NCBI GenBank assembly: GCA_963204715.1
Contig: CAUJHK010000068.1
Span: 1 to 56,296, forward strand
Source of the DNA: Pseudomonadota bacterium
GTDB taxonomy: Bacteria > Pseudomonadota > Alphaproteobacteria > Micavibrionales > Micavibrionaceae
Direction of reading: 5' to 3'
Length of the DNA: 56,296 nucleotides
A model generated the notes under the pieces. The model was not told where the DNA came from. It did not search any database and saw only the letters and a list, made by a program, of their open reading frames with translations. The translations under genes were made by a program, and so were the position numbers. Position 1 is the first letter of the stretch. Each line of letters begins with the position of its first letter. Shown piece after piece: positions 38,764 through 47,608 of this stretch.

Positions 38764-41700
38764 TTAAGCAATAATACTGCCGTTGTTAAACAAGTCTGTG
38801 ACCGTCACATTCACACCATCTAGCACTGCCACGGCTGTCGCCCCAGCAAGTCCCGTCCCGGCATTGTTGACCAAAATGGTTGTGTCAGCACCGCTATGCG
38901 TTGCAAAGACGAAATTATTGATAGCGTCGGTAACAGGATCAAAGCTCGTCAAAACATTCGACAATTCCAGCTTATCACCTTGAGAGGTGTTGAAGTCCTT
39001 AATATGATCAAGACCTTCATTAATGGCCATAAACCAGAATGTGTCTGCACCAGCACCGCCAGTCAAAATATCATTGCCTTTTCCGCCTATGATGTGATCA
39101 TTCCCCGTACCACCAAGAATGGTGTCAACACCATCATTGCCGTATAGGGAATCATTCTCTGTGCCGCCATCAATGTAATCATTGCCTTTTCCACCCGAGA
39201 TATAATCATCTCCAGCTTCACCGTACAGCTTATCATTACCGCCGTATGTTTCGCTTCCGCCAGCATCGCCGTAAAGATCATCATTGCCTGTGCCACCATA
39301 GATAGTGTCATCACCTTCACGACCAGTAATAACATCCGCTCCGACATCACCATGGACAGTGTCGTTTCCTAAACCAGCGTTGATATCATCATTGCCGTTG
39401 CCGCCGTTGATGATGTCGTTTCCATCTTCACCCCACAGCCAGTCATCTCCATCATACCCATTGATGGTATCACCCACAGATGTTCCGTGAATGACATCAC
39501 CGCCAGAGCTTCCATCAATAGGCGTTCCTGCCGTGTAGTTCAGGATGTTTATCTGCAGGCTCTGTGTATCAGTATCACCATCAAAATCCGCAATCGTTAC
39601 TGCGAAGTTCAAGGATGTTGTAGGAAGTTCTTTGTGGGTCAACGTGTATGTATAATCACCATTGGCCGCAACCACCAGAATGCCTTCAGGTGTTGTTAAC
39701 GAGGCCGTTCCTGTTAAGGGAACGTTCACCGTTGTTGTACCAAAGGAAACTGATTTAACACGACCAGGCGTATCCTGCCCGATAAGGCCTGTTGATATAT
39801 CATTCGCCAATATGTTCGAAGACACAGACCCCTGATATACAAACAAGGTGCAGGAATCTGCAAGAGCATCTGGCGCATCATCCTTGACGTTGACCGTAAT
39901 CGTCGTGCTCGCCGTATCGCCATCCGTGTCCGTCGCCACCACACCAAAGTTCAGGGTGATGATATCGTTCGGGTTCGATCCATCCGCATGATCCAGCTGT
40001 TCAAACTGGCGGTACGTATAAGACCCGTCATTGCCAATGCTCAGCGTAAACACCGTCTGGGTGCCTGCCTTGCCTGTGTAAACGCCGTTCGCATAGCTCA
40101 CCACCACGCCCACACCGCCAGAGCTCAACGCTCCGCCCAGCTTCGAGCCCGTTGAGGTAAACACATTGTTACCAGCAATCGTACCAGGACCATCATCTCC
40201 AAAGTCCGCACTCACAGACCCCGTCTTCACAATCGCGCCAGACGACAGGCTCGTCTCGTCCACAACATCCGCTGCAGGCGTGATAATCATCGGGATGGTA
40301 TCACCGTCTTGAACCTGTATGGACAAGATGGCTGTATCGCTATCTCCATCATAGTCTTTGAGCGTGTACGTAAAGTTGTCCGTACCATCCGCATTCAGGG
40401 CCTTCGAGCTATAGCTGTAAGCGCCCGTGCTGTTGATGGTCAGTGTCCCATACGTGCCATTAATCACAACATTCCCGCTTAAAGGGACAACCGTTGTCAC
40501 GCCGTTGAACACCACTTGCGTAATCTTGCCAGCAACATCCTGACCCACAGCATCATTGCTCATCACATTGCCGCTGATGGTCGCTTCTTCGCCCATCGTA
40601 CGGCTGTCATTCACAGCATCTGGCGCATCATCCTTGACGTTGATGCGAATAGAGCCAGTAACGGAATCGCCCTCAAAGTCTGAGGCAATGACAGCGAAAT
40701 CCAGTGTAATCACGTCATTTGGATTGGCGCCATCGGCATGATCCAAAGGTTCAAGCAATGTAAATTTGTAATCGCCTGTGGCGGATGTAAGCTCTAGCGT
40801 AAAGACGGTTGTGCCATTGGCTTTACCAACATAAACACCATTTTCAATGGTTACCACGACTGGTACGCCACCCGATGTCAATGCGCCATTTAGTTTTGAG
40901 CCGCTGGAGGCAAAACCGCTATCTTTAAATGCGTAAGATCCTGGTGTGTCTGCCCCGAAATCCGCGTTCAGCTTCCCTGTTTCCACGATTGGACCAAGAT
41001 TGGTTTCATCAACCGTTTCCAGACCATGATCTGGACGCGGACCATCATTTTGGAACGTAGGAGCATCATCTTTAACATTGATGATGATTGGCGCTGCCGC
41101 AGTGTCGCCATCAAAGTCCGTGACTTTTGCGCCAAAGCTCAACGTGATGATGTCATTTGCGTTTGAGTTGTCGGCGTGGTCAAGATTCCCATATTGAGTG
41201 TAAGTGTACGCACCCGTTGATGGATTTATTGTCAGCGTAAAGACCGTTACGCCGCCCGCTGTGCCGACATATCCATTTGCTGTTGCAGTAACAATAACAG
41301 GTACGCCACTGGACGTTAGCGCAGAATTTTTCAAAGAGCCTGATGCTGTAAAGTCATTCGAAGGTGTTACGCTGCCAGCGCCATCCTGACCAAAGCTTAC
41401 TACCAGAGTGCCTGTTTCCACGATTGGACCCAGATTGGTTTCATCAACCGTTTCCGTTGCGCCTGCAATGCTAGGTGCATCGTCCAGCACACCAATTTTA
41501 ATGGTGGTGGAAACAGTATCACCGTCACTGTCACTGGCAACAATTCCGAAATCCAGCGTTATCACGTCATTTGGATTGGCGCCATCGGCATGATCCAAAG
41601 GAAGATATTGGGTAAATGTATAACTGCCAGTAATGGGATTGATAACAAGATCAAACACCTTCTCACCGCCTGCCGTTGTACCCACATAGCCATTGCCCAC

Positions 41701-42888
41701 AACACTCACCGTTACGGCATCACCGTTGGATGTCAGCGCGCCGCCCAGCTGGGAGCCGCCTGATACAAAAGAGCCATTGGGAGAAATACCGCCAGGGCCA
41801 TCGGAGCCAAAGTCAACAGTTACGTTTCCTGAAACAGATGTAGAGCCGCCAGACAAATTGGTTTCATCCACCCTTCTTCCATCTGGATCAATCAAGCTTG
41901 GAGATCCATCAGGCGCAGGTGTTGGTGTTTCTGGTGTTGTGAAAAATTGTAAAGGCGTAAGTGTAGGCGCGACATAGCCAAGCTGCGTTGGATTGATGGG
42001 CCCGATATCAGCATTGGTGGCAAACGGATTCAAATCTGGACGGCTTCCAAAACCATAGCCAGAATTGGCACGGCCACCCGCTGCCTGATTCCCCGCGGCT
42101 GTTTCAATGTTGGCCAGATCTTTTGCCGATGGTTCATCGCCAGCGGCCGTTTCAATTTTATTCAGGTCTTTTCCTTTAAAGGTCTGGGCTGTTTTATGCG
42201 AAGGCCCAGCGTCATCTTGCCCATCCATATCTGCCGCGGCAAGTTTTGATTTTGGCTTGGTTTCCTCAATGGCCTCTTCTTTAACAACAACAATATTGTT
42301 ATCATTATTGGCTTGTGCCAAGTTTTGAATATTCGTGATAAGATCATCACCATCAACAACGCAAACCTTGCTCGCGATGCTTAGCTCAGGAGGGGTTGCC
42401 GAAGCCATGGCTGTTTCATAATTGTCTATAACAATTTTTCCGCCATTGGCGAAAGAGATAACCATCTTTCCATCTTTCATATCCGCGCCTTGCGTTTGTG
42501 AAAGATCGAAATCAAACATATATTTTTTGCCTGGCTCCAGAGTAATATTGCTTTGAGCATTTTCAGCAGGAACACCAATTTTTACAATATCGCCGCCTGT
42601 TTGAGAATCTTCCTTACCGCCAAGAGCTGTAAAAAGAAGTTTTGGATCTACGACTGTTCCATCGGATAAAGAAAGCGTATTTCCATTGTCTATAAATGAT
42701 TGAAAGTTTGTCAGCGTTACATTTCCGCCTTCAACAAAGCTAATGACCAAACCACCATTACCATCAAGGCGAAGCCCGTCCACATCTTCTGGTGCGAAGG
42801 AAAGCTTTGCTGATTCACTTGCAGGCAGCGTATAATTTACCGCTGTATCTACCCCTGGAACTGCAAGAATAATGTTGTTGGTTGCCAT
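38764..42888 (-). CDS. large LapA-like RTX adhesin, type I secretion substrate (1374 aa)
   Basis: An N-terminal duplicated retention-like module, four ~140-aa VDETNL...LDHADG.NPND...DGD...KDDAP repeats, VCBS-like segments, about 12 GGxGxD nonapeptides, and a C-terminal GGAGADTFWF...IKDF...GDKLELS secretion domain. Confidence 0.9.
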   Translation of the reverse strand: MATNNIILAVPGVDTAVNYTLPASESAKLSFAPEDVDGLRLDGNGGLVISFVEGGNVTLTNFQSFIDNGNTLSLSDGTVVDPKLLFTALGGKEDSQTGGDIVKIGVPAENAQSNITLEPGKKYMFDFDLSQTQGADMKDGKMVISFANGGKIVIDNYETAMASATPPELSIASKVCVVDGDDLITNIQNLAQANNDNNIVVVKEEAIEETKPKSKLAAADMDGQDDAGPSHKTAQTFKGKDLNKIETAAGDEPSAKDLANIETAAGNQAAGGRANSGYGFGSRPDLNPFATNADIGPINPTQLGYVAPTLTPLQFFTTPETPTPAPDGSPSLIDPDGRRVDETNLSGGSTSVSGNVTVDFGSDGPGGISPNGSFVSGGSQLGGALTSNGDAVTVSVVGNGYVGTTAGGEKVFDLVINPITGSYTFTQYLPLDHADGANPNDVITLDFGIVASDSDGDTVSTTIKIGVLDDAPSIAGATETVDETNLGPIVETGTLVVSFGQDGAGSVTPSNDFTASGSLKNSALTSSGVPVIVTATANGYVGTAGGVTVFTLTINPSTGAYTYTQYGNLDHADNSNANDIITLSFGAKVTDFDGDTAAAPIIINVKDDAPTFQNDGPRPDHGLETVDETNLGPIVETGKLNADFGADTPGSYAFKDSGFASSGSKLNGALTSGGVPVVVTIENGVYVGKANGTTVFTLELTSATGDYKFTLLEPLDHADGANPNDVITLDFAVIASDFEGDSVTGSIRINVKDDAPDAVNDSRTMGEEATISGNVMSNDAVGQDVAGKITQVVFNGVTTVVPLSGNVVINGTYGTLTINSTGAYSYSSKALNADGTDNFTYTLKDYDGDSDTAILSIQVQDGDTIPMIITPAADVVDETSLSSGAIVKTGSVSADFGDDGPGTIAGNNVFTSTGSKLGGALSSGGVGVVVSYANGVYTGKAGTQTVFTLSIGNDGSYTYRQFEQLDHADGSNPNDIITLNFGVVATDTDGDTASTTITVNVKDDAPDALADSCTLFVYQGSVSSNILANDISTGLIGQDTPGRVKSVSFGTTTVNVPLTGTASLTTPEGILVVAANGDYTYTLTHKELPTTSLNFAVTIADFDGDTDTQSLQINILNYTAGTPIDGSSGGDVIHGTSVGDTINGYDGDDWLWGEDGNDIINGGNGNDDINAGLGNDTVHGDVGADVITGREGDDTIYGGTGNDDLYGDAGGSETYGGNDKLYGEAGDDYISGGKGNDYIDGGTENDSLYGNDGVDTILGGTGNDHIIGGKGNDILTGGAGADTFWFMAINEGLDHIKDFNTSQGDKLELSNVLTSFDPVTDAINNFVFATHSGADTTILVNNAGTGLAGATAVAVLDGVNVTVTDLFNNGSIIA
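39031..39513 (-). repeat. RTX Ca2+-binding nonapeptide repeat block (coding)
   Basis: 161 aa of tandem G-G-x-G-x-D-x-[LIVY]-x units (GGNGNDDIN, GGTGNDDLY, GGKGNDYID, GGTGNDHII, GGKGNDILT and others). Confidence 0.9.
39871..41871 (-). repeat. four ~140-aa protein repeats (T1SS-143-type) with stretches of identical DNA
   Basis: Repeats begin at residues ~340, 480, 626 and 875. The DNA string gcatctggcgcatcatccttgacgttga recurs near 39860 and 40615. The string atcacgtcatttggattggcgccatcggcatgatccaaagg recurs near 40708 and 41561. Confidence 0.85.
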
Positions 42889-43064
42889 GTTGGTTACTCC
42901 TTAAATCCGACGTTACGATCCGCACTCTGTGGCGGGTACATCTAGTTAACATTTTACTAACGAGATGCGAAGTTTTTACTCTTTTTTTTTACACTTGTCA
43001 AACATTATGTTAATACAAAATTATTATTTCCACTCTGACCAGTTTGGCATGGCACAAGCCTGTC

Positions 43065-44507
43065 CTACCCCCAAAGGCGGTATTTGATATTGGTGTGTTC
43101 CATTACACCATATTTGCCGCCTTCTTTGCCAATTCCCGATTCCTTAACGCCGCCAAAGGGGGCAAGGTCATTGGCCAAAAAGGGCTCATTCACGCCGACC
43201 ATGCCGAATTCCAGCGCATCTGAAACCCGCCAAACCTGACCTATATTTTCACTATATATATATGAGGACAACCCATAGGGCGTATCATTGGCCAACGTGA
43301 TAACCTCTTCCTCTGTTTTAAAAGTATAGAGGGCCGCCACAGGCCCAAAAATCTCTTCCGTAGCCAAAGAGCATGATAATGGGGCGCCTGTTATAACCGT
43401 GGGCTCAAAATATGTTTTACCCAAAGCGTGTCTTTTTCCGCCCATCAACACCTCAGCGCCCGCCTTTTTGGCTGAATCAATCATTTGTTCAATTTTTTCA
43501 ATAGCCTGTATATTTATAAGTGGTCCTAGGGAAACATCTTTCTCAAGACCGTTTCCAACCACAAGCTTGCCCGCCGCCGTCATAAACCGATCCAAAAAGG
43601 ATTGATAAATATCCTGATGGACAAAAATGCGATTGGCACAAATGCAGGTCTGTCCCGCATTGCGGAACTTGGAGGCCATAGCACCTGCTACCGCTTTGTC
43701 CAAATCTGCAGAAGGAAAGACAATAAAGGGGGCATTTCCACCAAGCTCTAAAGACAGCTTTTGCATATTGTCCGCTGCCTGTTTCATTAAAATTTTGCCT
43801 GTACGCGTAGAGCCCGTAAAGGATATTTTTCGTACGCGTACATCCGAGGTTAAAGCTTCCCCTACAAGCTTTGGATTGCTAGTGGTAACAATGTTAAAAA
43901 CCCCTTTTGGCAGGCCAGCTTGCAGCGCTAATTCTCCCAGAGCCAAGGCCGTGAGGGGAGTGGCCTCGGCAGGTTTTAGGACGACCGTACACCCCGCAGC
44001 AAGAGCAGGCGCGATTTTGCGTACAACCATGCTGGCCGGGAAGTTCCAAGGGGTAATAGCCCCCACAACTCCTATCGCGTGGCGGGATATAATTATTTTT
44101 GTGCCAGGCTTGGCACCCTCTATAAACTCGCCATAGAGTCTGCATCCCTCCTCTGCGCACCAGCGAAGCGTCGCCACACAGGACATAATCTCGGATATGG
44201 CCTCACCTTTGGGCTTGCCCTGCTCTGATGTAAGCAGAACTGCCAAGGATTCTGCTTCTTCTTCAATATATTTTGCCCAGTTTTTTAAAATCTCCGCCCG
44301 CTTTGCTGGCATTAGGGAAGACCAGTCTTTGAAGGCCTTGCTGGCTGCTGCTATGGCGAGGAGTGTTTCCTCCTTGCCCATATCCGGCACGTCCCCGAGG
44401 TTTTCCTGCGTTGCGGGATTCACAACCGCAAAAACGCCGCCACCGCTGGCATCAACCCAGCGGCCATCTATTAAGGCTTTGTTTTTTAACAGCTTCATAC
44501 TTTTCAC
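43065..44507 (-). CDS. gabD: NAD(P)-dependent succinate-semialdehyde dehydrogenase
   Basis: 480 aa. Motifs SLELGGNAPFIVF and FRNAGQTCICANR, typical of GabD-type aldehyde dehydrogenases. Confidence 0.88.
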   Translation of the reverse strand: MKSMKLLKNKALIDGRWVDASGGGVFAVVNPATQENLGDVPDMGKEETLLAIAAASKAFKDWSSLMPAKRAEILKNWAKYIEEEAESLAVLLTSEQGKPKGEAISEIMSCVATLRWCAEEGCRLYGEFIEGAKPGTKIIISRHAIGVVGAITPWNFPASMVVRKIAPALAAGCTVVLKPAEATPLTALALGELALQAGLPKGVFNIVTTSNPKLVGEALTSDVRVRKISFTGSTRTGKILMKQAADNMQKLSLELGGNAPFIVFPSADLDKAVAGAMASKFRNAGQTCICANRIFVHQDIYQSFLDRFMTAAGKLVVGNGLEKDVSLGPLINIQAIEKIEQMIDSAKKAGAEVLMGGKRHALGKTYFEPTVITGAPLSCSLATEEIFGPVAALYTFKTEEEVITLANDTPYGLSSYIYSENIGQVWRVSDALEFGMVGVNEPFLANDLAPFGGVKESGIGKEGGKYGVMEHTNIKYRLWG

Positions 44508-44613
44508 ACGTGTTGATTTTAAAAAGGCGAAAGATATAAATCTCCACCCTTGACCATATCTATAAATGGTTAAGCCTTTGTAAGGAAGGTTTGTTCCAAA
44601 AAAAATTGATTGT

Positions 44614-44639
44614 TAAAAAAGCCCGCATCACAGCGGGCC
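44614..44639 (-). terminator. rho-independent terminator of serA
   Basis: GCCCGC-6 nt-GCGGGC followed by TTTTTT on the minus strand, 15 nt after the serA stop. Confidence 0.65.
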
Positions 44640-44652
44640 TTTAAATCTTTGT

Positions 44653-46230
44653 TTAGAAGGAAAGCCGCTTGGCCGTTTTTACCTGTGGCAAATTTGATAC
44701 ATCTTTCATCAATGCATCGCTTAACGGCGCATCGAGTGATATCAGACACACGGCAGAATCTGACCCCTCCACACGGCCAAGCCTGAAGTCTGCAATATTT
44801 TGCCCCGCATTGCCCAAAACAGAGCCAAGCGCGCCAATCAACCCTGGTTTGTCATCGTTGCGGATGAACAGCATGTCCTTGGTCAGCGCTGCCTCAATCG
44901 GCACACCTTCAATATTGACAATGCGTGGTTCACGGCCCGTAAACAATGTCCCAGCAATAGCGCGAGTGCGTGTTTCAGATTCAATTGTCACTGTCACAAG
45001 GCTTCTAAAATCTTTGTGCGACGAGGCTGTCATTTCAGAGATTTTAATGCCTTTGGATTCCGCCATCGGAATGGCATTTACCATGTTCACTGAGTCTGAC
45101 ACTGTTTTTAGCAAAGATGCCATCAAAGCCGCCGTCAAAGGCTTGGTGTTTAAATCCGACACAGACCCTTCATAGGCGATTTGCACGGACTTCACACCCG
45201 TATCACCAATCTGCCCCGCGAAAGATCCAAGCTGTTCCATCAATTTGATGTATTTATTCAAACGTGGCGCTTCTTCGGCTGTTACAGATGGCATGTTCAG
45301 CGCGTTTGTAATCGCGCCCGTCATCAGATAATCACCCATTTGTTCAGCAACCTGAATAGCAACGTTCACCTGCGCCTCATCGGTTGATGCGCCAAGGTGC
45401 GGTGTGCAAATCAGTTTCTCATTGCCAAACAAAGGATGTTCCTTGGCGGGTTCAACATCAAACACATCAAGCGCAGCGCCCGCAACATGGCCTGAATCAA
45501 GAGCCGCCTTTAAATCATCTTCATTGATCAATCCGCCACGCGCGCAATTGATAATCCGCACGCCCTTTTTCATTTTGGCAATAGAGTCTTTGTTGATGAT
45601 GTTCTTGGTTTTATCATTTTTGGGAACATGAAGCGTGATGAAGTCCGCATTTTCAAACAATTCATCAAGCTCCACTTTTTTTACGCCCAGCTCCACCGCA
45701 CGCTCTGCTGACAAAAACGGGTCATACGCCAAAACAGACATCTTAAGACCAATGGCACGGTTGGCAACGATAGAGCCAATGTTGCCACACCCAATCAACC
45801 CCAGCACCTTGTTGTAAACTTCTACACCCATAAAACGGTTTTTTTCCCACTTGCCTGCATGCGTTGACGCGTTGGCGGCGGGAATATCGCGTGCGAGCGC
45901 AAACATCATAGCAATGGCATGTTCCGCCGTGGTGATAGAATTTCCAAAGGGCGTGTTCATAACGATAACACCACAAGACGATGCGGCCTTGACATCGACG
46001 TTATCAACGCCGATTCCAGCGCGCCCAATGACTTTTAAATTTTTGGCCGCTGCCAAAACTTCGGGGGTTACAGTGGTGCTTGAGCGAATGGCAAGGCCAT
46101 CATACTCACCAATAATGGCAATCAGCTCTTCAGGTTTTAGGCCTGTTTTAACATCAACCTCGACACCTTTTGCTTTAAAGATGTCTTCGGCAAGTTTATT
46201 CATTTTGTCGGAAATAAGGACTTTTGGCAT
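44653..46230 (-). CDS. serA: D-3-phosphoglycerate dehydrogenase (long form with ASB and ACT domains)
   Basis: From ATG 46230 (MPKVLISDKM). NAD loop GLIGCGNIGS, catalytic R/E/H pattern, C-terminal ACT domain. Confidence 0.95.
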   Translation of the reverse strand: MPKVLISDKMNKLAEDIFKAKGVEVDVKTGLKPEELIAIIGEYDGLAIRSSTTVTPEVLAAAKNLKVIGRAGIGVDNVDVKAASSCGVIVMNTPFGNSITTAEHAIAMMFALARDIPAANASTHAGKWEKNRFMGVEVYNKVLGLIGCGNIGSIVANRAIGLKMSVLAYDPFLSAERAVELGVKKVELDELFENADFITLHVPKNDKTKNIINKDSIAKMKKGVRIINCARGGLINEDDLKAALDSGHVAGAALDVFDVEPAKEHPLFGNEKLICTPHLGASTDEAQVNVAIQVAEQMGDYLMTGAITNALNMPSVTAEEAPRLNKYIKLMEQLGSFAGQIGDTGVKSVQIAYEGSVSDLNTKPLTAALMASLLKTVSDSVNMVNAIPMAESKGIKISEMTASSHKDFRSLVTVTIESETRTRAIAGTLFTGREPRIVNIEGVPIEAALTKDMLFIRNDDKPGLIGALGSVLGNAGQNIADFRLGRVEGSDSAVCLISLDAPLSDALMKDVSNLPQVKTAKRLSF

Positions 46231-46323
46231 GTTTTCTTTTTCACTCCTATTTTGTCTTGTTAGGAAAACAGGCCACCTTGATAGCAGGGCGCGAATGAGA
46301 AAGAAAGGGGGAGAAAATAATAT

Positions 46324-46353
46324 TTGACTTCCCACATATGATATGATTATAAT
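46324..46353 (+). promoter_or_regulatory. near-consensus sigma70-type promoter
   Basis: TTGACT (46324-46329), an 18-nt spacer, then a perfect TATAAT (46348-46353). Confidence 0.5.
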
Positions 46354-46363
46354 CCTATTATAT

Positions 46364-46392
46364 AGAGGCGCATTGCGCCTTTTTTCTTTTTA
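46364..46392 (+). terminator. intrinsic-terminator-like hairpin inside the 5' leader (possible attenuator)
   Basis: GGCGC-att-GCGCC (46367-46379, extendable by A-T/G-U pairs) followed by TTTTTTCTTTTT. It lies between the promoter and ATG 46418. No upstream plus-strand gene exists for it to terminate. Confidence 0.45.
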
Positions 46393-46417
46393 TAATCGTA
46401 AAAGAACGAGATTTATC

Positions 46418-47063
46418 ATGCCCTTATTTAACAATCTGGCGCCGCTTTTGCGCGCGCCCGTAGGTAACAACCTCAAAAATAGTCCCGAAGATGTCCAGAA
46501 CCTAAAACGCAACCTGTCAAAAACTGGCCATTATAAAACCCCCATTGAAAATGGGTACATTGACCAGAAGCTTGATGATGGGATCAAGAACTTTCAGCGT
46601 AAAAAACAATTTAAAAATCGATGGTATCGCCAAACCAGGCGGGGAGACTGAAGCCGCATTGGTAAGCACACTGATGAAATTACCGAAACCAAAATCATCA
46701 AAAGAAGATGAAAAATACGGTTATCAAACCGCCAGTGTCATCCCACTTCTGGGGATATTAGGCCTAGGCCTGGGAATGTCCGCCGCAGGCGCTGCGCAAT
46801 GGTGGATGAGCGAAAACAATGCAGACAAGCGTGAAAAAATTCTAAAATCTTTTCAAAAATCTGATGAAAGCACGTCACCCCACCCAGACAACGACTCTTG
46901 TTATGACGAATATGAACGTGATATTAATGAATGCAAGCGCGTGGGGAAAAGTTTAAACTACCGTGCACAAAAAGCGTGTGAGGAAACGGCAATTTTAAGA
47001 TATACACAATGTATAAAAAATATACCGCCAAAAGAAAGGCGCAATTTACAGACAGAATTTTAG
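46418..47063 (+). pseudogene. peptidoglycan-binding-domain protein with a central TM helix and a Cys-rich C-terminal domain; reading frame broken by a +1 shift in an A6 run
   Basis: Frame A (46418-46651) gives ...DDGIKNFQRKK and then an early stop. Frame B continues NNLKIDGIAKPGGETEAAL..., which completes a PG_binding_1-like pattern. The junction is AAAAAA at 46601-46606. Confidence 0.6.
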
Positions 47064-47070
47064 AGATAGT

Positions 47071-47511
47071 ATGAAAATATCTAATAAATATCTTTATGTC
47101 TTTTTAGAGGACGCGCTTACCAATCCGCATTTGCGGTTTGATCTTCACCTAAAACCAAGACCAGATACAAGAGCGTCATACGCAAAAACGGCTTTTGAGT
47201 CGCTTGAGAAACAACAAGCTCTTAATGCTTTTGAAAGAGTTCAGGATGCAGGATTTTGGTGTTTATCAAGACTTCTAAACAAGCGAGGAATTCTAGAAGG
47301 AAAACTGCGCGGCATGATTGTTAGTGCCAATTTCGATGAACCATCCATTATCATTGATGAGTGGATACATAAAGATTATAAGGGCGGAGAATTTCATACA
47401 TTTCTTCCCCTGCCGCCGTTTCCTGAAGATTTAGATTTGGACGACATCAGCATCGATCCGCTTTTGAACATGCGGGTAGGACGTATAATTCTCAACGCTC
47501 TTTTGAATTAA
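47071..47511 (+). CDS. hypothetical cytoplasmic acidic protein, 146 aa (possible cognate or immunity partner)
   Basis: Starts 7 nt after the previous stop. AT-rich, with no signal peptide or TM segment and no domain I recognise. Confidence 0.45.
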   Translation: MKISNKYLYVFLEDALTNPHLRFDLHLKPRPDTRASYAKTAFESLEKQQALNAFERVQDAGFWCLSRLLNKRGILEGKLRGMIVSANFDEPSIIIDEWIHKDYKGGEFHTFLPLPPFPEDLDLDDISIDPLLNMRVGRIILNALLN

Positions 47512-47608
47512 ATTTTATGGCGACACTAATATGATAGGGCAGATTGACATTACTCCCACATGCAAGCATTTTAAAACATTACCAACAACTCCAACCGCAA
47601 GGCATGTT

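Noticed and set aside
39031-41871. Regularly spaced repeats that might suggest a CRISPR array or satellite.
   Set aside because: They are in-frame protein repeats (RTX nonapeptides and ~140-aa domains) within one continuous 1374-codon ORF. There are no spacer-like unique inserts.
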